A model generated the notes under the pieces. The model did no database searches. It was not told the DNA's origin and saw only the letters and a program-made list of their open reading frames with translations. Shown one piece after another: positions 17,143 to 29,500 of a DNA stretch of 64,000 nucleotides (position 1 is the first letter of the stretch; every line of letters begins with the position of its first letter). The DNA is from the human T2T-CHM13v2.0 reference genome, Homo sapiens. The stretch lies in NCBI RefSeq assembly GCF_009914755.1, contig NC_060926.1; one strand, 5' to 3'. The translations under genes were made by a program, and so were the position numbers.

Positions 17143-19233
17143 AGGATATTTTATTATTATCTGAAATATGAGTAATCTTGCATTAAAAATGAAGAAACTG
17201 GCAAAAATATATTTTGTTTAATAATGAAAATAGCTACTAAGGGAAAATGTAACATAATAACTACCTAAAAAACTAATGTGGCAGAACAAGAGTTTCTTAT
17301 AACAAAGGACTAAGAATTGGCTGGCTCCTAATTGCAGCTGAACCAAGAGACCAGATGTGAAGCTGTGGTTGATTTTTCTCTTCTATCATCTACTGCAGCT
17401 TTGAGGGCAGGAGATCTGGGTATTATTCTTGGCTGTAACTTCGGCCATGGCACTGACCCTTTCTAGATGCCCAGTTCATTTCTTTTTCCTTTATCTTGCT
17501 GTTATCCAGCTCCTATCATGGCATCAGATTACAGTTTGTTCCTGTTTTTCCCCATCTGAAATTCTCTCCGGGTCTCAGCACACATCTTTCATTTAATATC
17601 TTTCCCTGTGATTTTCCATTAGGTCACACTGATTTTATCCAGCTTTTAAATGTCTCAAGAAGTCCTTCGGGGTCCATATATTAATGAATAGCCATAGTTG
17701 TTTTTAGTTTGCAGGAGAGCAGAGAGGAACCTGGGAATATTGCAGCCATTCATTTGCAAACGATTTAAGAAATACTTCATCCTGCTTTATTGTGTTTCAT
17801 GTGATATAAACACACCTCTCAATCGAATTTTGCTTTGTATTCAAGTGGGAGGTTTAATTATACCGTAGACAGAAAGAGAAGAGTACAGTTATTTTAATCA
17901 GAGTTGGGAAAGTAGGAGAAAAGTAGTTCAGAATTTTGTCATTAATAAGAATATATATATTAAAAACTATGTGTTGAATCCTTTAGCTTTAGAGCTCATA
18001 CATGGCATTTAAAAATTGAAAACACGTTTTTCCCAGTAACAACGTGGGCTTTCTCTTGGTTCCTGGTTGCTATGTTAAAGAATAAAAGTGGGCCTAACAA
18101 TTTTTCATTTGTGGTGTTTTTATTGGGAACAGAAATAGTTCCTTAGAGTTTCTAAGGAGACAATGAAATAACAATTGAAAATAATATAAAACAGATCCCA
18201 AACAGGATAAGGGATGATATCTTAAGATCAAAAGAGTACATTGTCCCATCGTTTTAGAAGGGGAAGGTAGTGGTTCTGTTTGTAATCATGTCTCTACCAA
18301 TTGTAGGGGGAGACATGTTTTCCTTGAAGCAGCATATCAGAGTAGCTAACAACGCGGATGCTCAGAGAAGGCCACTTGTTCTCAAGTTCTCCACCTCCTC
18401 CTAGCTGAAATGCAAGGTCCTAGAATAGTCAACATAACTTTGAAAAAGAAGAACAAATTTAGACAACTTATACTACATAACAAATAGATGATATGACAGC
18501 ATAGAGAGTCCAGAAATAAACATGCATAGGCAACAGATTTTGACAAAGGTGCAAAAGGCATGTCAGTGGAGAAAAAGGTGGTAGAACAATTGGATATCCA
18601 TAAGCAAAGCAAAACAAAGAAATTTATACCTGAGGTCATACACAAAAATCAACTAAAACTGAATAATAGGCCTACTTATAAAACGTAAACCAAAAAAACT
18701 TCTAGAGGTAAACACAGAAGAAAATCTGCATGCCCTTCTGTTAGGCACATATTTTCTTAGGTATCACACCAAAAGCACAATCCCAAAGGGAGCATTTGAT
18801 AAATTAATCTTTATCAAACTTAAAAATTTATATTTAAAAGACACTGTTAAAAAAATAAAGAGACAAGCTACAAATTGGGAGAAATAACTTGCAAATTATA
18901 AGTCTGATAAAGGACTTATATATCCAGAATACAAAATATTTATAAAACAATCTAATAAAAAAATAGAAAATTATCTTACCAGGTATTTCACCAAAGAAGT
19001 GAAAAATGATGGGCAAATAAACACATCATTATTTATTCAGAAAATGCAAATTAAAACCACATTGAAATACCACTACCCACCCACTAGAATGACTATAATC
19101 TAAAGACAGATAATATTAAGATTTGGCACGGAAGTGGAGGAATTGAAACTCTCATACACTGTTGGTAAGAATGTAAAATGGTACAACCACTTTGCCAGAC
19201 AGTTTGTCAGTTTCTTAGAAAGTTAATATATTG

Positions 19234-19544
<311 letters not shown>

Positions 19545-19551
19545 TTAAATA

Positions 19552-19834
19552 TTGGGAGGCCAAGGAAGGAGGATTGCTTGAGGCCAGGAGCTTGAGACCA
19601 GTCTGGACAACACAGTGAGAGCTTGTCTCTAGAAAAAAATTTTTTAAAAATTATCCAGGCATGGTGGCATGTACCTGTGGTCCTAGCTACTTGAGAGGCA
19701 GAGGTAAGAAGATCCCTGAAACCCAGCAGATCCAGGCTGCAATGATCTATGGTTGTGCCACCGCACTCCAGCCTGGATGACAGATTGAAAACTCCTGTCT
19801 CTGAAAATAAAGAAAAAAACAAAAAAGAAAAAAA
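19552..19834 (+). mobile_element. 5'-truncated AluJ
   Basis: Begins 'ttgggaggccaagg'; J-type 'ggattgcttgaggccaggag'; A tail. Confidence 0.85.
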
Positions 19835-20311
19835 GGTAATATACACTGACCATATGATCCAGCCTCTCTACTGCTGGGAATTTGCCCAAGAAAAATGTAA
19901 GCATATATTCATACAAAGACTTGTACATGAATACTCATAGCAGCTTCATTTGTGGTAGCCCTAGCCTGGAAACAACCCAAATGTGCATTGATAGGTGAAT
20001 AAACAAACAAACTGTATATCCACACAATGAAACACTACTCAGCAGTAAAATGAATGACTTATTGGTATAAGTCATCGGTATAAGAATTTGGATGACTTTA
20101 AAATTAATTACGTTGAAGGAAATAAAGCAGACCAGAAAAGTACACACCATAAATTCCATTCATACAAAATTGTACAAAATGTAAACAAGTATACTGTGAG
20201 AGAAAGCAGACCCGTGGTTGCCGGAGGATGAAGTGGGTAGATTGTAGGAAGGGGCAGGAACATTGGATTACAAGGAGCACAAGGAGACTTTTCAGTGGAT
20301 GATGAATTCAC

Positions 20312-20430
20312 AGGTGTATAAATATGTCACATTTGATAAGTTTATCAAATTATGTACTAATGTTATTAAATAAATATATCAAAGGTGTATAAATATGTCA
20401 AATTCGATAAGTTTATCAAATTATATACTG
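20312..20430. repeat. Direct duplication of about 48 bp (period 71) inside the L1 3'UTR
   Basis: AGGTGTATAAATATGTCA(C/A)ATT(T/C)GATAAGTTTATCAAATTAT occurs twice. Confidence 0.9.
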
Positions 20431-20544
20431 GTACTAGATTTTATTTTATGTCAATTATACCTCAAAAAACTTTTTAAAAGTGGACAACATTAAAAACATC
20501 TATTTTGCAACCCCAAGATAAATGGAACCAATAACCACACCCCA

Positions 20545-20632
20545 GTTATAAGGTTATTGTGATTATGTCATAACTTACATGGAATGTTTAGTATTTTACC
20601 TGGCAACTGTAAACTCTCTTTAAATATTAGCA
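20545..20632 (+). mobile_element. MIR fragment
   Basis: 'aggttattgtgatt...gtttagtattttacctggca...taaatattagc'. Confidence 0.55.
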
Positions 20633-20741
20633 ATTTTTCCCCTTTTTATTGAATTATGAAAAGAATTATCTCTGAGAAGAACAGAGAGGGTGCTTTCTGA
20701 AGCCGCGCTGCAGGGGAAGGTTGAGAGGTGCCCTCATTCTC

Positions 20742-21154
20742 TGTTATGGGCTGAATTTTGTCCTCTTCAAATTTATAAGTTGAAGTCCTAACTCTGAGTG
20801 TTAGGTATTATGACTGTATTTAAAAATAATGCCTTTAATTATGTAATTACATTAAAATGTTGTCATTAGAGTGGCCTCTAATCCAGCATGGCTGGTGTCC
20901 TTGTAAGAAGAGGAGATTAGGACACACAGAGAGACACCAGGGATGTGCACACACACAGAAAGGCCATGTGAGGACACAGGGAGAAGCAGCCATCTGCAAA
21001 GCAAGGAGAGGAGCCTCAGAAGAAACAGCTTTGCCAAAACCTTGATCTTGGACTTCCAGCCTTCAGAACAGTGAGAAAATAAATCTCTGCTGTTTAAGCC
21101 GCCTCTGTTAGTGGTACTTTGTTATGGCAGCTCATCTGAACAGACTAATTCACA
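20742..21154 (+). mobile_element. MLT1A/B MaLR solo LTR
   Basis: Starts TGTTATGGGCTGAAT; contains 'ccttgatcttggacttccagccttcagaacagtgagaaaataaat'; ends 'gactaattcaca'. Confidence 0.88.
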
Positions 21155-21759
21155 CCCAGGAACAGAAGGTCTCTTGCATGGCACTTCCCTCTCTACCAAA
21201 GCAACTGCTCCTTAACATGCCTGTTTCCGCAGAGCACCCAGGCTTTCTGCACAGAGCAGCAGTCGGCTGTCACTCCTCCAGGGCAGAATGTAATGACAAG
21301 CCTCTCAACATCTAAACCCAACCAGGCACAGACCCTGTTGCACCTTCTTCAGTGCCTGCTATGGTGGAGGTACCTGATGGGGTTTGCAGCTGCTGTGCCT
21401 TTGAGCTTCAGGCTCCAAGCTCTTACCACTTAGTGCCGTTGTGAGGTGCGGCCAAGCCCTGGCTTTATATAATCAAGTGCTCTGTGCAGTGAGACATGAA
21501 AAAGGAAGGAAACAAATGAAACTCTCAGCTTACTTCACTCATGGGGATTTTATTTCCTAGTTCATTTATGGCACTTTTCATGTGAAAATTGTATCTTGAA
21601 ACGTAGAAGTTTAAATATCTTCAGTGGAATTATTACACATTTTCTAAGACTCTGGTGTTCTTCTTTGTATAAAGTAAGGCCTGCTCTTGCTCTCTCCCTT
21701 AAGATACCATGTCCTCATTTATTTCTGTGCCTTTAAACTTTTCTTTCTATATAACAAGC

Positions 21760-21972
21760 TCCTTGAACACCTCTTAGGATTTTTTTTTTTTATCATAAAC
21801 CAGATTTTTCATTCTTTGAATGCTTGTTCTCTCCAACCCTCATATTAAACTTCCTGCAGAGTGAATCTATGAGTGATCTGTCATACATAAGCACAGAAAC
21901 TCCTTGGAGACAGAGACGTGGTTTTATATCTTACACATAGCCTTCTGGGCACTAAGTGTTCTTAATAAATCC
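21760..21972 (+). mobile_element. L2 3' fragments
   Basis: 'aaactccttggagacagagac...gcactaagtgttcttaataaat'. Confidence 0.5.
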
Positions 21973-22059
21973 CTGTAATGGCTTCCTCGGTGTCTAAAGC
22001 ATTTTCCTTCCATAGAACTCAACAAGTTTTCACATAACTCAAACTAATTGAAAAGTAGT

Positions 22060-22300
22060 CATTCACTCTTTTATTCATTGGACACATATCAGTTGATGGG
22101 GTTACAAAGTTGAATCAGAAACATTGTTTGCCGTAAGGGGACTTTCAACTTAATAGAGGGATTCAAAAATGTAAATAAATATATGTAAGAAAATTTTGTA
22201 AGAGTAAGTGGAGTTAGAAGTAGATAGAACACCAGGAGAGATGATGTAGGGATTAGGAGGGCTTTTCAGAAGAGATGACCCTGAAATAGAGACTTAAATA
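22060..22300 (-). mobile_element. L2 fragment
   Basis: 'ggattaggagggcttttcagaagagatgaccctgaaatagagactt'. Confidence 0.5.
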
Positions 22301-22477
22301 TCAGCGTTGTTTCAAAACAGAACCCCTCTTCAAGCCTCAAAACAATATTTTGTAACCCAGACATATAATCTATCCAGCTCTGCTGTGGATACCCCAAGGT
22401 GTGTGGGGTAGGAAGCTTTTCTTTAAGGAACTTACAGTTCCGCCAAACACACCTTATGATATCATTAAATGTTGTTT

Positions 22478-23027
22478 CTTTTTTAAATTTTTTTATTATA
22501 CTTTAAGTTCTGGAATACATGTGCAGAACGTGCAGGTTTGTTACATAGGTATACATGTGCCATGGTGGTTTGTTGCACCCATCAACCCGTCATCTATATT
22601 GGGTATTTCTCCTAATGCTATCCCTCCCCTAGCCCTCCACCCCTGGAGAGGCCCTGGTGTGTGATGTTCCCCTCCTCGTGTCCATGTGTTCTCATTGTTC
22701 AGTTCCCACTTATGAGTGAGAACATGCGGTGTTCGGTTTTCTGTTCTTGTGTTAGTTTGCTGAGAATGATGATTTCCAGCTTCATCCATGTCCCTGTAAA
22801 GGACATGAAGTCATCCTTTTTTATGGCTGCATAGTATTCTATGGCGTATATGTGCCACATTTTCTTTATCCAGTCTATCATTGATGGGCATTTGGATTGG
22901 TTCTGAGTCTTTGCTATTATGAACAGTGCCACAATAAACATACGTGTGCATGTGTCTTTATAGTAGAATGATTTAAAATCCTTTGGGTATATACCCAGTT
23001 ATGGGATTGCTGGGTCAAATGGTATTT
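22478..23027 (-). mobile_element. 5'-truncated L1PA7-like LINE
   Basis: 3'UTR 'catcaacccgtcatcta...ctatccctcccctagcc'; ORF2 C-terminus WIKKMWHIY...RMFSLISGN. Confidence 0.9.
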
Positions 23028-24049
23028 TTCACTTATAAACATGCATTGACCTGTGAAGATTTGATAGAGAAATCTGACCCTTAAAAGTGTGCTAAGCTGG
23101 GCAAAATATCTGACGGTTTATTTGTACATTTTTTCTTTTAAGTTATGTGACAATTTTGTACTGGCTTTCTGAAGTATATCCACCTTTCACTAAAAATGAG
23201 TGTCAATTTTCTTGAAACACCAGCAGTTAAGAAATATAACACTTTGAAAGCAATCAGCTCCTGGCCTGCTTTTTCCAAAAGCTCCTGACATTCCATAGAG
23301 CAGTGAGCTTTTCTCTGTTCAGTTCTCAAATCTAAAATATGCAGATTTGGAACACACCATCTAGCCCTTAATTACATTCTTTTTAAAAATTAATATTTGC
23401 TATTTTTTTCATTAATGCTACTCAAAGATAAGGTAAGTTCTTGGATAACAGTAAACATGTCTATTCCCTAAATTATTTTCAAAACCCCTGGCAAAATGTG
23501 TGATACATTGTTGCCATTCAGGGTTATAAAAAAGGACTTCAGTCTCTGCTTGAGAAGGCCTTTAGCACTAATTTGGCCAACTACTTTCTGGTGGATGGTT
23601 GTTTTGGGGCCAGAAGAGTGTTCTTACCTCGAAGAAAGAGGACATCTCCAGATCTATTATGCAGTGCTTTGGCACCCATCTTCTCCAAGGAAGGGATTCT
23701 TAGTAGAAAAGTGGATATTGAGTATAAAGCAGTGTTGAAGTTAGAACTAGAAATGAAATTTTCATAAAGAACAGTAAAGTTCCAGAATTATTGACTTCCC
23801 CTTCACCTCCTTCTGCCTCATTTTTCCTCTAAAGTGGGTCATGTCACCCAGAGTTTATTGATATGCTATTGTCAGCTTTATAAGAAGTGACTCCACCTTC
23901 TCTCCCTTACTTTCAGGCCAACAGAAAAGCAGAAATAGGCATCAGTTGGGATTCTGGTGACTGCATCTTTGAACTGCCATATGGTACACACAGTACAACC
24001 ACATCCCCCTCACCTATTTATGAAAATGGATATTCATTTTCTAGTTGAA

Positions 24050-24360
24050 TACTGCACAGATCACATTTTTCAATATCATTACTAATGAAGCTTACTGTGT
24101 TGCTTTGATTGCTATCTGAATGTGAGCAGCTAATTAGATAGATTGTCTATTTGATGCCTGCTGATTAGCTTATGAAAGCCCTCTGAATTCCTGACTTTGT
24201 GAGAAAATGCCCCTGACTTTATGATTACTGATTGATGCTCAAATTTCTGATTGCCGTGTGAATAGACACTTAATAGCTCTGTCACCTTGACAAGGGTTTT
24301 GGTATTCATCTGATGAGGAAAACAGAGCAGGGTGCTCTGTTTATCAATGTCTGCCAAACA
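24050..24360. promoter_or_regulatory. Candidate conserved non-coding element / enhancer
   Basis: No recognisable repeat; TAATTA (24131), TTTATGA (24218), TGATTGAT (24229), TGTCAcctTGACA (24280). Function is inferred only. Confidence 0.35.
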
Positions 24361-25163
24361 TTTAAAGTTCTTTAAAGTGTGAAGACTGCTATCAGTGGCA
24401 TCTGTGGCCTCCTGAAAAGGCCAAGTAAATAATGTCATATGGTTACCAAGAGCAATGAGAGAGGAGGCGCTGTCAGTAGCCCTGAGGTTCTGTTCTTCCT
24501 CAAGACTGGTTTTAGGAATAGGATTCATATATATGGCCCAGGAGTCTCCAAAAGGACCATTCACTTTCAACAGCGAGTATGTATAGTATGACTGTAGCCT
24601 CTGATGCAGACTCTTCTGATTTTGCACTAAAATACCTGGTAAGACACCAAAAACAGAAAAATCATAAAAAGACCAAGAACTAGTACTGACAGTTGACTTA
24701 TTGTTTGAATCTAGGAGACTCCTCCCTCTCTGTGGTGTATAAAACTAGATTGTAAATGGAAACCCTGATTCAACTCAATATGATTGCTTAAACTAGGAAA
24801 AATGAAAACAAAAACCTCTTATCTTTCCCACTCTTGTTTCCTGGGTTCACAACGGTAAGTTTTGCCCCAAGCAAAGAATTGAGTCCCTTCTCTGCTTTGG
24901 GGGAATTGCTTTTAACAACAGGTCTGACATCTCACTCATTGCCTCTCTTTTTGCATCCAAGCAGAGAATACAACATTGAGGCTTACAATGACCCTGAATA
25001 CACACTCATTCCTGCTAAAAAGTGTTGCAAGTCACAAGAGAAGAGGATACACATGCACTGATTACCTAAAAGATGTGGAATGAGGTAAAGAAGGATGTAA
25101 GGCCAACATTGAAGAGAAAGTGGAAATGAAGACAAATTTGACTTCTTTCATATTTTTCCTAAG

Positions 25164-25607
25164 TGCTGATATTTATTCCTTTGAAACTTCTTGTTGAAAT
25201 TTTATTCGCAGTGTTGAAGGTGGGAACCAATGGGAGATATTTGGATCATGGGAGCAGATCCCTCATGAATAGATTAATACATTCCTTCCAGGGTGAGTGA
25301 ATTCTCACTCTGTTATTTCCCACATGAGCTGGTTCTTAAAAAGAGCCTGGCACCTCCTCCCTCTCTCTCTTGCTTCCTCTCTACGATGTGATTTCCCGCA
25401 CACACAGGCTCCCTTTTGCTTTCCACCATGAGTGGAAGTAACCTGAGGCCCTAATCAGATTCAGATGCCCAATCTTGAACTTTTCAGCTGTCGGAATTGT
25501 GAGTTGAAAAGTTCACGATTGAGCATCTGCGTCAGGTGCCCAATCTTCATTACCATTCTGAATCCAAGAACCATTTTTTTTTTTTTATAAATTACCCAAC
25601 CTCGGAT
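25164..25607 (+). mobile_element. MSTB-type MaLR LTR, 3'-truncated, with internal inverted duplication
   Basis: 'ggatcatgggagcagatccctcatgaat...aaagagcctggcacctcctccctctctctcttgc...ataaattacccaacctcgg'. Confidence 0.85.
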
Positions 25608-26002
25608 ACCCTGAATATTGGAGACAGGGTAGGCCATGAATGGTGGGTTCCCATGCATAAATGCCTGACGACAAAAACCTTTTCAAAAACCACACCTTTG
25701 CATAAAAGCATCACAACCTTACACACACAAAAATAGTTCTGCAAGGATATCTGCCCAGCCACTGCCTGTCTAAACTCAGATCAGCACCACCCTTGTTACT
25801 GATCAATGTAGGCAATAATAATTGTCTCACAACAATTATATGCCCCATCTCATTTTGTCCTTTAAAAACCTTTGCCTTCCTTTACATTTCTTAATACTCA
25901 CATAGATTACTATGGCATGTGTATTCCTATTGCAACACCCATTCCTGAATAAATATCATTTTCTTTCAGAGAGCCTTTCTATGTTTTTTATTGAGCTTGA
26001 CA
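25608..26002 (+). mobile_element. 5' LTR (LTR37-like), missing roughly the first 50 bp
   Basis: Colinear with about 32270-32658; AATAAA; ends TTGACA. Confidence 0.85.
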
Positions 26003-26881
26003 AAATGGTGTCTGAAGCAGAACTGAAGTGAGCTGACCTCGGTTAAAACGGTGGCCCCTAGAATTGAGTGTGGTACTGACTAAGCCATTGTGCTCTCCAT
26101 TTCTGTCAATTGTCTTTTCTACCTTGGTAAATGTCCTCTCAGATTGTCTGCCTTCTTTCCTTTGGTGAGTTCTTTTTGACTTTATTGGCTATCTGATTTG
26201 GTTATAAAGATATCTTAAGTGAAGGACCCTGCATCTCTCTTGGGACTATGAAAGTCCCTCATGGCAAGCCTTGTCTGGAGTGTCCTTTTGAGAGCACTCT
26301 GGTTTCTGTGAAATTTGTATTTGTCTTCGAGGCACGTCTTTTCTGGTGAATTCACTTTTGTTTCTTTCTGTGCATCTAGTTTACTATTTTGTTTTATCAA
26401 TATGGCTGGGTTATAATTTTTGTGAGCACTCTGATATGGGTTTCATTTTGATATGGTTATGTGCATAGATAAATAATTTGGCCCTTTTTTGCCTTGCTTG
26501 TTCCTGAACATTTTCCAAGAGCAAAAATAAACATTCTAAATGGTAGGGATGACATGGCCAATTAAAAGCCACTAGAATGGTCACCACCATCTAAAACACC
26601 AGTCTAAACTTCTGAAATGTTGGTACAGAATTTATAGGATTTTTTTATGCTCTAAAGAGATTAATAAGAAATGGAATAGGTTCTTAAATATTAAGACATG
26701 CCAAGCTTTCTGGAACTGCAGCCAGCTATACATTCAAAATTTATGGTCTCTTTTCCTGCATATTTTTAACTGATGGACAGATTACACAAAAGATAATTTA
26801 TGTCATTAAAGAGATCATTCAAATTCTCCAAACTTATTTTTTTGTAGAACTATCTCAGATAATTCCATTGATTCTACTTGA

Positions 26882-27165
26882 GTAGCTTTTAATTCCATTT
26901 TTGTCAATGGCCTCTCTCAAGAACTTTCTCAGCTTGTTAAAAGAGCTCACACAGAATGGAAAACCATGCCTACTTCTGCTCTAATTAATTTAGCAAATCA
27001 ACTTGCTCACACCCTTGAGGACACTAATAAGACAAAAACACTACAAATTTTAAACTTCATTTACCAAAGATGAAAACTTGTAGACAGAGCACTAAGCAGA
27101 GAGACCTTCTGGTGTCTGCCACTACTTTAAACACACAGATCCCTGGAAAAGGAACTCTACAAAGG
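26882..27165 (+). pseudogene. gag: ERV gag relic (capsid C-terminus and degenerate zinc knuckle)
   Basis: Manual translation from 26882: VAFNSIFVNGLSQELSQLVKRAHTEWKTMPTSALINLANQLAHTLE; from 27111: GVCHYFKHTDPWKRNS (decayed CCHC spacing). Confidence 0.7.
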
Positions 27166-27697
27166 AAAAAAAAGGTCCATGAAAGCTTTCAAATTTCCCC
27201 ATCTCTGCAGAAGACAAATCTCAATGAGAAGCTCCTAAAAATGTTCCCTTTTAATACAAATTTAGGTTTGTGTGGTTAGCAACTGCTTAGGGTAATGAAA
27301 CAGTTAACTGAAATATTTTTATTCTAAGAGAAAAAAATAGATAATGGTTATGAATGCTAGGATCTCAGATCAAATAGTTCAAAATCTTGAGCTCAGAGCA
27401 ATAATGTAAGTTATCTCTATCTTACATAAAAATGTTTTGCCTGCCACAGAGGAGCCACAAAAATCCTTCAAAATAATTTTTTTTTTCTAAAATGCTTTCC
27501 CACCTGCATTGACATATTAAGCAAACCAGACCAATAAACAAAAGAGAGATTTGTTACTCATTCAAGGCCACTTAGAGAGATTTTTTTTTCTTATACAATT
27601 TATTTAGTCCTAGCTAAAACATAAGAATTTGAATATTAACCCTAAACTCATTTGAAACTAAAAAAGAGTATAAAAATTTTAAAGTATAAAACTGCTT

Positions 27698-27786
27698 TTC
27701 ACATTTATTATCAATGTTCACATTATTAGTTCACATTTATTAGCAATGTTCACATTATTAGTTCACATTTATTAGCAATGTGAACA
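27698..27786. repeat. 32-bp tandem repeat (about 2.6 copies) ending in a fold-back
   Basis: Unit TTCACATTTATTAGCAATGTTCACATTATTAG. Confidence 0.9.
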
Positions 27787-27943
27787 ATACTTTAGTAAGA
27801 AATATAATTTGGATCCAACTTTCTTTTATAAACTGGTGAGTTCCTATTACTGTGTTTTACTGTCTCATGACTGAGATTCTCAAATGAAAGCTATAAGATT
27901 TTCATTTGTGTATTTGCAAATGTGTGTTTACACGTTACGTATT

Positions 27944-27980
27944 GTGCTGGGATGACAGGTATGAGCCACTGCACTCAGCC
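27944..27980 (-). mobile_element. Isolated Alu 5'-end fragment (about 37 bp)
   Basis: GTGCTGGGATGACAGGTATGAGCCACTGCACTCAGCC. Confidence 0.8.
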
Positions 27981-29008
27981 TACAAATTCTAATTATTATA
28001 CTGTTAATTCTGTGTGCAAAGTGTACCCAACAAAAGATGTGCTTTTGATAAAGAAAATTCTAAGACAGTCATAAAAATGTGTTATTTATGAGAAAAAATA
28101 GTAACTTTGTTTTTTCAGGAGGTTATTGAAAGATTGTTTCAAAATGTGAATTTAGGGTGGGAGTAGAAACGAGATAGGAACCAGTAAGTAGTAGAGAATG
28201 GTGTAAAAAAAGGTATAGGTATGAAGATATATTTTTGGTAAGGAAGGTAAAAAAGAAGAGAATAATTTGGTATGAGAAAGAATCTTGTGTGTAAATTTTT
28301 GTTCTTGAGTAGAATGCCTGACTATTTAAGTAAGAGGATGAATAGGACAAAGCAGGAAGCAGCATGTCATGGAAGGTGTGTATAAATTGTGAAAGACCTG
28401 TGAGACATGAATTTATGAAAGAGACTTTTGTGTGTGATCAATTTGGCTACAATTGGAAGAATAATTATTTATAAAGACTGAGGTAATTTAGAAATTATTT
28501 CTAAAGATTAATCTTTGATGTTAAAAATAGACTGACAAAATTAAATATTTGGTTCCCTATATTCAACAAAAATATTTTCTTGAAGTATTAATCTACTCTT
28601 AGTAAAATTGTAAGGGGCTATGATTTTTAATTCTGAAACTTTTGTAAACCATCTACTATAAAATGGTTAACAGGAAAATAATGAATGATGCATTTCATTA
28701 CTTCCAAATTCTTCATAGTTTGCTATTTTTAAATTTATTTTTTTAGTTTACAGTTTTTACTTCTGTCACATTTATTTCTGTGATCCATTTAATTTCCCTA
28801 GTTTCAGTTTGGAAGTGTTGTCTTCTTCATTTAGAATGATAATTTTATTTATTAAGGTAGAGATTGCCTCTCAAAGCTTCTCAGATTTATATCTTAAGCA
28901 TTCATCCTTTTTTGTATCTCACTGAACATGATTTTAAGGTCATACATCATTGCCTTCAGCTCTTTCTCCCTTTGAGAAGGTACATATTTTTGTTTGGTTG
29001 GGTGGTAA

Positions 29009-29500
<492 letters not shown>

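Noticed and set aside
21440-21500. TATA-box promoter (TATATAA near 21466)
   Set aside because: Isolated motif with no CpG island or downstream gene structure.
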